From Chiloscyllium plagiosum (taxonomy: Eukaryota), in NCBI RefSeq assembly GCF_004010195.1, contig NC_057757.1, positions 3,572,197 through 3,619,360 on the forward strand: a stretch of 47,164 nt of DNA, written 5' to 3'. Shown one piece after another: positions 36,940-47,164 of this stretch (within the stretch, counting starts at the first letter, position 1; each line of letters begins with the position of its first letter). The notes beneath the pieces were generated by a model. The model searched no databases. It worked only from the letters and a program-made list of their open reading frames with translations, and had not been told where the DNA came from. Both the position numbers and the translations under genes were made by a program.

Positions 36940-37965
36940 ACTTTACCATTCGAATCCCATTTTCCAGCACTTCCAGCCTTTTGTGCTTTGATATTATAAG
37001 GGCATACCAAACACTTCTTCAATATTATCTGGGTTTCTGTGTCCAGAGAACATACAGGCAGTGAGTTTCAGATTCCCACCAGCCACTGGATCAAAAGTGT
37101 TTACTCACATTTCCTGTAAACCTTCTGCTCATTAACTTAAATTATTGATCTATGCATCAAGCAGAATTTTTTTTTCTGTCTCTGCTATTGTAGCCCCTTA
37201 CTATTTGACACATATCAATGATATCAATCTCCCCTGCTCTAAGCAAATCAACACAGGTCTGTCCAATGAAATGAAACTCTCCAGCCCAGGCAACATCCCG
37301 GTAAATCCCCTCTCCAGCTTCTCCCGTACTATCACCTCCCTTCCAAAATGTGGATTCCAGAACTGCACATTGTACATGAGCTAAGATTGAAGCAGTGTTT
37401 AAGGCAGTTCCAGCATCACCTCCCTGCAATTAAACCCTAAGTCTGGACTAGTAAAAGCAAGTATCCCAAATGCCTTCTCAAACACTTTATCCACCTGACC
37501 TGATACTTTAAGGAACTAAGGATCCTCCACATCAATGGCATGCTGATTTTCTGTGCTTCCCAGAGTCTGGTACTGCGCTTGTGATTTGATATAAAGTGGG
37601 TGTGCTGTGGTATTATTTGTCTTATTGAAGTGGGTCATGAGACTGAAAATGTTGGGAATCGTTCACCTTAATTCTGTGGTGTTCCCATCCATCTGTTCAT
37701 CATGCATTCCCCTCACCTTGTTTGCCCTTCCAAGTACATCACATCACATTGATCCCAACTGAGTTCCACTTGACACGGTCTACCCTCCTGAACAGCGTTC
37801 TACATCCTCCTGTAATGTAAAACTATCCTCCACACTATTCACCACCCCACCAATTCTTGTCTCATCTGCAAACTTACTGATCCACCTTCTTACAATAATA
37901 TTTAAATCATTTATATAAAACAGGAGCAGTGAGGACCCCAACACTGATCCCAATGAGGGTTCCAG
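36940..37965 (-). mobile_element. Old CR1 RT/3' fragments
   Basis: GSVLG..L.L.YINDL...ISKFADET and a degraded 3' end. Confidence 0.75.
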
Positions 37966-38059
37966 CTCCAAATTGTTCGAAAAAAATCATTGAACAGATA
38001 ATCTGACAGAATGCGAAACAAAATGCTGCATTACTGTTAAATGTTAGCTTGATGTTTGA

Positions 38060-38952
38060 TCAAATTACTTGGACCAACTTTGTGAAGGGATACAACATTC
38101 CATCTTTCAACTCTTCTCTAAATTTCCTCTGGGTAACTGCATAAATAAAGGTGTTTGTGCAGCAACTCAGGAGCTGCAGCATGAAGCCAATCTCTCTTAC
38201 AAATGTTGGCAGAGGAACTGGATATCCCAAGTAATCGAATCGTTTCAATATGGAATAAGCAATGAACACCACCCACAACATGATGAAATTGCCAGATATA
38301 ATAAATAACATAATCATGGATTTCCTCCGACTCCCCATCTCTGGGTCACTGGCACTTTCCCCAGTCACCTGAGCCCGGAGTCTCCTGCGAGCTCTATTGG
38401 CTAATATAATGTTTCTGACTGTCAAAGTGTTTAACAGGAGAATCAAAATAAATGGAATGAATGGCGTTATGATGTAATGCATTAATTCAACAATGGTCCA
38501 GACAATTGAAGTAAGTACATTTTGAGGAATGTCACAAAACCATGGACTATTCGAAAGCCAATATCGATTGTAATACATGAAATACCAGAAAATATTCTTC
38601 AGACAACTCAGCACAGTCACTGTTCCTAAAACCACACCCGCTGTTTTCTTGGTGCAATGTTTACTTCTCAGCTTTTGGCAACAGATGGCCACAAACCGAT
38701 CAAAGGTGAACGTGACCGTGAACCAGACAGAACAGTCTGTGACCGCAAAAAGCAGAACAGCATGGATGTTGCACATGTGGAGAGTGTGCACAAATAGAAA
38801 CTCCCCCCGATATGTGATAGGAATTTGTCGTAGTATCAGATCGAAGATAATGACCAGTAGGTCTGCCGCTGCCATAGCCACTAGGTAATAAGTGACACAT
38901 TTGGAAAGGCCACACTTCCCCCGAACCAGGATCGTAATTGCAATCAAATTAA
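38060..38952 (-). CDS. GPR139/142-like class A GPCR gene 3, exon 2 (spliced product 329 aa, intact)
   Basis: Acceptor TTCATTCCAG|TT. Same motifs as gene 2, colinear with it at an offset of 16200 nt. No stops. Confidence 0.93.
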
Positions 38953-40138
38953 CTGGAATGAAGAGAATAAATGGGCTCATTTATTGCTCAGGCATAATGC
39001 AAAAATGTTTTTCTTGCTTTATTTACAGTGAAATGTTGAAACTAATCCTTAAAGAGTTTCCAATGTTTTTGCATCAGTCTTCAATCTTTTCACAAATTGC
39101 AGGCAAAGCTGCTTTTTAAACAGACAGCTAACTCGGAATGTAACAAGGTACAAAAGGGTCACTTCTGGTGAGAAGACAAACTACAGACTTGAGGTCTCCG
39201 AAAGAGTAATCAGTGCTGGGGATGAAAGAATCTATTGAATCATTAACAACGTCACATCACAAGCTTGAAAGAGAGAAAATTGTGTGAGAATCCAACACCA
39301 GAACAATTCAACAGCAGAATTTTAATGAACAACACTGCACAGGAGTGAACTCTGGAAACCGATCTGTGTGTGACGCAGGCTGTTCGGCCCATCCAGTCCA
39401 CACCAACCCTCCGGACAGCATTCCAGCAAGACCCACCCCTCTACGCGATACCTTTAAACCCACCCTTTCCCATGGCCAATCCACCAGACCTACACATCTT
39501 TAGACAGAGACAGGCCACTGTTGATTGAAGTCATGGGCAGATTGTACCATGAATCGGGTAAGAGCTAAGTTGTATTGTGTGGCTTAGACCTGCCTGCTTA
39601 GGGATCTTAGTAAAGTTTAACTTATTGTTTCAGTTCTTGATTGGCTCTGAGATTTCTTAATAAGTAACTAAATGAAAGGTAAATTGTGGCGAGTTTACCG
39701 ACAACACATGGATCAGGGAAACATGGTTAAAACAAAAAAAGACACTTTTCAAAAGGAATAAATGAACAAATTGGAGCCAAATTTTGCAACGAGGCAGAAA
39801 TGCTGGAAGAGAAATGAGCCATTCAAACTCTTAGATGGCTTGTTCCATTGAAGGGAGTCGTGGATAAATTGTATAAATTGCCATCAATTATTCTTTAATC
39901 CCATTCTCATCTTGCCTGAGAGGAGAAACTCTGAATGATGATTTAGTGAGAAAAAGAGAATGAATAAAAAATGGAGAAAAAGTTCGAAAGAAGCAATAGT
40001 AAGAATGAAAGACAGAAAGAAAGGTGTCAAGAGGAAAGATTACAAGAAAGAGAGAAAAGAAAGAGAGCGAGGAAGAAAGAAAGAATGAAAGAGAAAAAAG
40101 AAGGAAACAAAGAAATGATAGATAAATGCAAGTATGGA

Positions 40139-40139
<1 letters not shown>

Positions 40140-40224
<85 letters not shown>
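40140..40224. repeat. (GATA)n microsatellite in the gene 3 intron
   Basis: About 21 perfect units, next to a purine-rich tract. Confidence 0.95.
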
Positions 40225-40425
40225 GGATGGACAGGTGGACAGACGGATGGACAGCAAATCGATGAATCAACGGACTGCATTTTTGCCTGACAAATGATAT
40301 GATGATAGAAGAACAGTATTCATGCTGAAACTGAAGGAAGAATATTCTGAAAAGTGACACAAAAATTAAGATAACACGTGATTATATTGTACTTTTTAAA
40401 ACATCATCCCTCGGGTGTAACGTAC

Positions 40426-40522
40426 CTGGGACACCAACAGCAGCCAAGATCGGGTAGTAAATCCTCTGTATATCAGTGATCGCCCACAGTATCTTCAGCT
40501 TGACCATAAAACTGAGAGACAT
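40426..40522 (-). CDS. GPCR gene 3, exon 1 (MSLSFMVKLKILWAITDIQRIYYPILAAVGVP)
   Basis: ACCATG start and phase-1 donor CAG|GTACGT. 97 + 893 = 990 nt, in frame. Absent from the ORF track. Confidence 0.88.
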
Positions 40523-40610
40523 GGTTTCCCCTTTGTCAGTAATAGTTACTTCAGTGACTCTTGTCAGGAATTAGCCAGTTCTCTCTTTGAGAGATGGAGA
40601 AAGCTTGCAG

Positions 40611-40760
40611 TATTTATAGGAGGGAGAATTCATCGGATCAGAAAATCAGTTCCCAAGTTAATAGAGTCTAATTACAGCCACTAATGCAAGTTATAAAAAT
40701 AACAACTATTGTAAGGGGAATTGGACATGAGCAGGGCATGTCCTGACCAGTTAATCCTAT
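40611..40760 (-). promoter_or_regulatory. Proximal promoter of gene 3
   Basis: TATAAATA at 40611-40618 and TAATTA at 40669-40674; same spacing as in gene 2. Confidence 0.7.
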
Positions 40761-41924
40761 CACTACTCATCAGTTCCAAGCATTAGTTCAAATTTGCACA
40801 TGAATAGAATAGTTCATGTACGACAATTCTAACAAAGATATCTTCTGAAGCAGATCAATCTTGACAGAAAAGAACATTGAATGGAAATGAGAATGGGGCA
40901 TGTCATTGGCAGCATTGAGACTGATGAAGCGTTGCCATGATTCAATGGGCATGCTCAATGAGGCTCCAATCACTGATTTCCCCACTAGCCACATCCTGGA
41001 GCCCCTGACTCGAAACTGAACAAAACTAGTCACGTAAATCAAATGGATTTTTGAGCATCTCATGGGAGGCTGGTGTTTCTGGGTTCATCTACATTTATTT
41101 CCTATCCCAGTTATCCTCGAGCAGGTGGTGGTCAGCTGCCTTCTTGAATCACTGCAGTCCATTTGCTCTGGGTAAACAGATTGCCAAGAGCAGGTCAGAA
41201 GCTTGGAATATTGCAACAAGTAACTCACCTCCTGACTTCCAAAGCCTGTTGAACATCTGCAAAGTAACACTCAGGAGTGTTGAGGAATCCTCTCCACTTG
41301 CCTGGAGGGGTGCAGCTACAACGACATTTTGGGAAGCTTGACACCAGCCAGAGACAAAGTAGCTCGCTTGATTGGCACCACATCCATGCCCACCCAGTCC
41401 CTCCACCACCGGCTGTGTGTAACATCTACAGGATGCATTGATGAAGGTTTAACATATCTTTAATTTAAAACTATGGGGGTGGTCATTTAATCAGAGACGA
41501 GGAAACATTTTCCCTCTCATTGGCTTATGAGCTTTTTGGACATCCCTTCCTCAAACGGAAGTTGATGCAGAGTTAAAAATGTAGAATAGAGAGAAAAGAT
41601 GAAAGCACCATAGCATAAACCAATGTAGAAGTGTCCGTGAGTATGTGAAACACAACAGTGGCACAAGATGGAACGCATCCCCATTACATCAAGAGGCAGG
41701 AGAAGCCAGAGATGCTTAGAAACTTCCTTCTGTCTTTATTCATGTGGGAAAGTGTAAATAATGATCAAAATAATGCAGATTCAAGGCACTAAGCTTACAA
41801 ATTTAGTTAATTAATGCTCACAAAGAAATGCATCCTGGATAAATTAAACAGTGCAACCGTTGGTAAATTATTTGGATCTTATGATCTACATTCAGGATTT
41901 CAAAGGAAAAGGAAGCAGAGAGCA

Positions 41925-42565
41925 TTAGTTTTTTGTAGAAGTAACAAAGAGGATTGTTGAGGGCAGAGCTGTGGACGTGATCTATATGGATTTCAGTAAG
42001 GCATTCAACAAGGCTCCCCATGGGAGACTGGTTAACAAGGTAAGATCACATGGAATACATGGAGAACTAGCCATTTGGATACAGAACTGGCCCGAAGGTA
42101 GAAGACAGAGGGTAGCTGTGGAGAGTTGTTTTTCAGACTGGAGGCTCATGACCAGTGGATTGCCACAAGGGTCAGTGCTGGATCTACTGTTTTTTGTCAT
42201 TTATATAAATGATTTGGATGTGAGCATAAGAAGTATGGTTGGTAGGTTTGCAGGTGACACCAACATTGGAAGTGTAGTGGACAGCGAAGAAGGTCACCTC
42301 TGAGTACAATGGGATCTTGAGCAGATGGGCCAATGGGCTGAGGAGTGGCAGATGGAGTTTAATTTAGATAAATGTGAGGTGCTGCATTTTGGGAAAGGCA
42401 AATCAGGACAGGACTTATATACTTAATGGTAATGTCCTGGGGAGTGTTGGTGAACCAAGAGACCTTGGCATGCAGGTTCATAGTTGCTTGAAACAAGTAG
42501 ATAGGATAGTGAAGAAGATTTTTTTATATGCGGTCCTTTACTGTTCAGAGCATTGAGTATAGGAG
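41925..42565 (+). mobile_element. CR1 RT fragment
   Basis: DVIYMDFSKAFNKAPH...GLPQGSVL...YINDL...FAGDT. Confidence 0.9.
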
Positions 42566-43384
42566 TTGGGAGGTGTGTGTGTGAGTAAGTGTGTGAGAGA
42601 GAGAGAGAGAGACCAAGATTGTGTCTGTGTGTGTCCAAGATTCTTTGTTTGATTTTCTCTGATCTGCTCTGATTCCCCATTAGATTGCTGGCTCTGAACA
42701 TCTACACGGACAGTCGTCCTAATCCCATGTACCATGTCCTGCTCCCGACCACAGCATCTGACTCCAATCCAGAGGGTGATACAGGAACCTCTCACTGTCA
42801 GAGGGAGGTGCACCTTGCAACTGACCCAGGTGTGTGAATGTCCTGCGTTCATCTGGCATTCAGGGAGATTAATGAAGCTTTAATATTTAGAAATCCTGAA
42901 GTCCTTTCATAACTCCATACCCTGAGTAACTCCTTATTTATTTTGTGTGTGTGTGTGTAAGAGAGAGAGAGTGATTGTGTGTATGTGTGTGTGTATGTGT
43001 GTGCACGCGTGTGCATGTCGATGTCACTAGGGCTCTGTGTCAGTGGGTGATTAAAACATTTAATCTTGTACTTATTAAGATATGAAACATTATTTGCTGG
43101 ATCTGTGTACACAAATCACAGAAAGCTAATGTGATGGTATCATCAAATATTTGGAGGACACCTGATGATTTTCCAGTTATTTCCAGGGGACATGAGGAAT
43201 CCTTACTGGAATTGTACAGTGGACATGAACCAACTCAATAAGGTGAACAGGTGGATGGGGCAATTGGCAGATATTGGGAGTGGAAAGAGAAGCAGACAGA
43301 TACACATACACTGACCAAGGGACAGGGTTTGAGAGAAGGATATTTGGATGTAGAGATAGTAAGTGAGTGAGTAAAATATTGTCT

Positions 43385-44065
43385 GGTTCTGAAATCTAAT
43401 CGAGGAGTTCAGGGTGGTTTATATATAAAATAACAGATACCCAGGAGTGAGTTACAGACAGGAATCTAATTGAGGGGTTCAGGGTGGTTTATATACAGAA
43501 TAACAGATACCTGGGAGTGAATGACAGGCTGGAATCCAATCCAGGGTTTCAGGGTGTAGTCTTTATATACAGCATATCAGAAACCAGAAAATGAGTTACA
43601 GACTGGAATCTAATTGAGGAGTTTGATTGGTTTACCTATAGACTAATAATTAGCCAGCAGTGAGTTAAAGACTGCAATCTAATTGTGAGGTTTATACACA
43701 GAGTAACTGATACCTGATATGAGTTGCAGGCAGGAATCTAATTGAACGTATCGGGGTGGGTTATACACAGACTAGGCGGAAGTGGGTACTGCAGATGCTG
43801 GAGATTAGAGTTAAGATTAGAGAGATGCTGGAAAAGCACAGCAGACAAGGCAGCATCCAAGGAGCAGGAAAATTGATATTTCGGGCAAAAGCCCTTCATC
43901 AGGGCTTTTGCCCGAAATGTTGATTTTCCTGCTCCTCAGATGCCGCCTGACCTGCTGTGCTTTTCTAGCATCTCTCTAATCTTATACACAGAGTAACTGA
44001 TACCTGGGAATGCATTACAGACTGGAATTTAATTTATATAGTGTATCAGTTACCCAGGCGTGAGA
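43385..44065. repeat. Degenerate ~58-bp minisatellite
   Basis: Unit approximately GAATAACAGATACCYGGGAGTGAGTTACAGACTGGAATCTAATTGAGGGGTTCAGGGTGGTTTATAT. Confidence 0.85.
43772..43981. mobile_element. Palindromic Penelope-like element without cargo, 11-bp TSD
   Basis: TTATACACAGA at 43761-43771 and 43982-43992. Minus-strand core CUGAUGAAGGGCUUUUGCCCGAAAUAUC at 43875-43902. Confidence 0.85.
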
Positions 44066-44189
44066 TATCATGATGATAGAAATTATAGGGGCATGCAGCA
44101 TGGAAACAGTGCCTTCTGCCCAACTGGTCCATGCCGACCTGTTTTCCTAAACTGAGCCAGCCTCATTTGTACTTTTCCTATTCTCATAC

Positions 44190-44660
44190 CCATTATTGCA
44201 GTGAAGTATTAAATGGAAGAATTAGTGCATCAGAAAGTTGGAGAATTGGTGCAGGACATACCAACATTTAAGAATTCTGGCAGCGGGAGAAACATTGCAG
44301 GGAACTACTAAATGGAAGAATTGGGCTAGGGCAAATCTAAATGCGAGAATTTTCAGCAGAGAATCAGATAATGGGAGAATTGGTGCAGTGTAGCACTAAA
44401 TGGGACGATCAAGGCAGGACAATACTGAATGGGGCAATTAGAGTAGAATTCTCTCCTAAATGGGAGAATTGGTAAAGGGCATCTGGAAATACTGCAGGGG
44501 AATTGGTGTGTGGTGCCAGTATATTAAAGAACTGGTTCAAACTGGTGCAAGGGGCCAATACTTGAGAGCAATGGAACAGAAATAAATGGGACTGGAGGGG
44601 AAGAGCATCAATAAATAGGAAAATCACTGCAAGGTATTAAGAAATGGAAGATTGTCACAG
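44190..44660. repeat. Degenerate ~30-bp tandem repeat (TAAATGGGAGAATTGGTGCAG...)
   Basis: Recurring AAATGG(G/A)AGAATTGG motif. Confidence 0.6.
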
Positions 44661-44664
44661 GGCC

Positions 44665-46212
44665 CTCCCTCAATACTGATTCTTTGATAGTGCTGCACTA
44701 CCTCAGTACTGACCCTCTCAATGCAAGCACTCCCTTAATTCTGACCCCTGAGGCACTGCCTCAGTATTGACGCTCTGTCAATAAGACACTCCTTCAGGAC
44801 TGACCCTTCAAAAATGAGGCAGAGCCTCATAACTTACCCTCTGATAGTAATGCACTCCCCCAGTTCTGACCCACTGACAACGAGGCACTCCCCAGTTCTG
44901 ACCATCTGATAGTGCTGCAGGACCTCAGCGCAATCCTCTAATTGTGTGGCACTCCCTCTATAATGAGGCAGTGCCTCAGTATTGAACCTCTGGTAAAGGG
45001 GCACTGCCTCAGAACAGACCCTCTGACAATGAGGCACTGCTTCAGTACTGACCATCTGACACTGAGGCACTCTCACACAACGGATCCTCTGACAGTGCAG
45101 CACTACCTCAGGACTGACCTTTTGAATGGGTGGCATTCCCTAAGTTCTCACCCCCTCATAGTAAGGCACTGTCAGTATTGACCCTCCAACAATAACACAA
45201 TCCCAAAAATCTGACCCTCTGACAGAGCTGCAATACCTCAGTCCTCACCTAATCATGTAGCGCCCCTTCAGTTCTAACCACATTACATTGAGGTACAGCT
45301 TCAACACGAATCCTCTGACAAAGTGGCACACTCTTCGGAATGAATCTCTGACATTATGGCACTCCCGAAATCGTGATCCTCTGATAATGAGACTCTCCTA
45401 CTGACCCTCTGATAGAGCTGTGAACACCTCAATACTGACTTTCTAATCATTTAGCACCCTTTCAATTTTGACTCTCTTTGAGTGAGGCACTGCCTCATTA
45501 TTGACTGTCTGACAATAAAACACTCCACAGTTCTGACCCTCTCACAATGAGGCACTGGCTCAGAACTGACCCTTTGGTAAAGGGGCACTGCCTCATATCT
45601 GACATTCTCACAATGAAGCATTACTTCAGTATTGACCATCTGACAACACGACACTCCCTCAGCACCGTCATGTTGATAATGCGGCTTTCCCTCAAAACTG
45701 ATCTTCGGACAATGAGGCAGTCCTTCAACACTGACCCTCTGATAGAGCTACCACACCCTAGTACTGACCATCTAATTGTGAGACACACACTCAACTCTGA
45801 TTCTCTTTAAGTGAGGCACTCCATCAGGACTGACCTTCTAACGATGAGGCCGTCCCTCAGGGCACTATCTCAGGCTGTCACTCTGGCTATCAGCTACTGC
45901 CTCATGATCAGAGTCTCAATACTGAAGGAGGGCCTTATTGTCAGAGGTTCATTCCTAACAGTGTGCCTCATTGTCAGAGAATCTGTTCTGAGGCAGTGCC
46001 TCACACTAATAGAGTCAGAACTGATGGAATGCTGCACGATTAAAGGATCAATACTGAGGTATTGCAGCACTGTTGGAGAGTCAATTCTAAGTGCTCCCTC
46101 AGTACTGGCTCTCTCACTGTGCTCCACTATCAATACTGAGCCTCGTAATGTGTGGCCCACACTCAATTCTGATCCCCATGCAATGGGGCACCACCTCAGA
46201 ACGGACCCTCTG
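44665..46212. repeat. Degenerate ~33-bp satellite (GCACTCCCTCAGTACTGACCCTCTGACAATGAG)
   Basis: Dozens of head-to-tail units; one block at about 45900-46095 is inverted. Confidence 0.9.
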
Positions 46213-47164
46213 TGGAAAGGACGATGGATGAAGACTCGCCATCTGAGGTAGTTTGGGCTGAGGTTAGGAATAGGAAAGGTGAGCTCACCCTGTTAGGAGT
46301 TTTTTACAGGCCTCCTAATAGTCCTAGAATTGTAGAAGAAAGGATTGAGAGGATGATTCAAGAGAAGAGTGAAAGTAATAGGGTGGTTGTTATGGGGGAT
46401 TTTAACTTTCCTGATATTGATTGGGGAAGCTATAGCTCAAGTTCGTTAGATGGGTCAGTGTTTGTCCAATGTGTGCAGGAGGGTTTCCTGACACAATATG
46501 TAGACAGGCCAACAAGAGATGAGGCCATACTGGATTTGGTTCTGGGTAATGAACCAGGCCAGATGTTAGAATTAGAGGTAGGTGAGCACATTGGGGACAG
46601 TGACCACAATTCGGTGACTTTCACTCTAGTGATGGAGAGGGATAAGTGTGCACTACAGGGCAAGAGTTATAGCTGGGGGCAGGGAAATTATGATGCGGTG
46701 AGGCATAACTTAGGATGTGTGGCTTGGAAAAGTAAGCTTCAAGACAAGGGCGTAACTGATATGTGGAGCTTGTTCAAGGAGCAACTAGAGAGTGTCCTTG
46801 ATAAGTATGTACCCGTCAGGCAGGGAGGAAAGGGTCGCGTGAGGGAGCCGTGGTTTAATAAGGAATTGGAATCCCTTGTTAAATGGAAGAAGGCGGCCTA
46901 TGTAAAGATGAGGCGTGAAGGTTCAATTGGGGCGATTGAGAGTTATAAGGTAGCCAGGAAGGACCTGAAGAGAGAGCTAAGAGCAGCAAGGAGGGGACAT
47001 GAAAGGTCCTTAGTAGATAGGATTAGGGAAAACCCTAAGGCTTTCTATAGGTATGTCAGGAATAAAAGAATGACTAGGGTAGGAATAGGTCCAGTCAAGG
47101 ATAGTAGTGGGAAGTTGCGTGTGGAGGCTGAAGAGATTGGGGAGACACCGAATGAATACTTTTC
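46213..47164 (+). mobile_element. Young 5'-truncated CR1 ORF2 (APE endonuclease and linker), open to the window end
   Basis: Uninterrupted frame: GVFYRPPNS, VVMGDFNFPDIDW, PTRDEAILDLVL, GDSDHNSV, PWFN, NPKAFYRYV. Confidence 0.93.

Noticed and set aside
43875..43882. Compensatory change in hammerhead stem III (ACGU to AUAU)
   Set aside because: Equally explained by CpG deamination on both strands.
44665..46212. CRISPR-like array or Cys/His-rich repeat protein
   Set aside because: Degenerate head-to-tail satellite with no unique spacers and no cas genes. The ORFs are translations of the repeat and lack C2H2 spacing.

Overview
Repeat-rich vertebrate genomic DNA with three assembly gaps. It is most likely from a cartilaginous fish (inferred from an HE1-type SINE and the CR1/Penelope repeat mix). 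The only host genes I can support form a cluster of two-exon class A GPCRs of the GPR139/GPR142-like type: two intact close paralogues (21857-23580 and 38060-40522, minus strand), one frameshifted copy (5703-9488, minus) and one decayed fragment (11670-11950, plus). The rest is mostly mobile DNA: two decayed copies of one env-less class I (gamma/epsilon-like) endogenous retrovirus (one with both LTRs, a tRNA-Pro PBS and a 5-bp TSD), many CR1 fragments, two Penelope elements, SINEs and satellites. The most notable observations: (i) the two intact receptors are near-identical except at their extracellular loops; (ii) short Penelope-like palindromic elements carry hammerhead-ribozyme cores and inverted copies of nearby DNA; (iii) outward-pointing CTCF-like sites on an inverted duplication lie between the two receptor subfamilies. 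All alignments were made by eye and no database searches were run.
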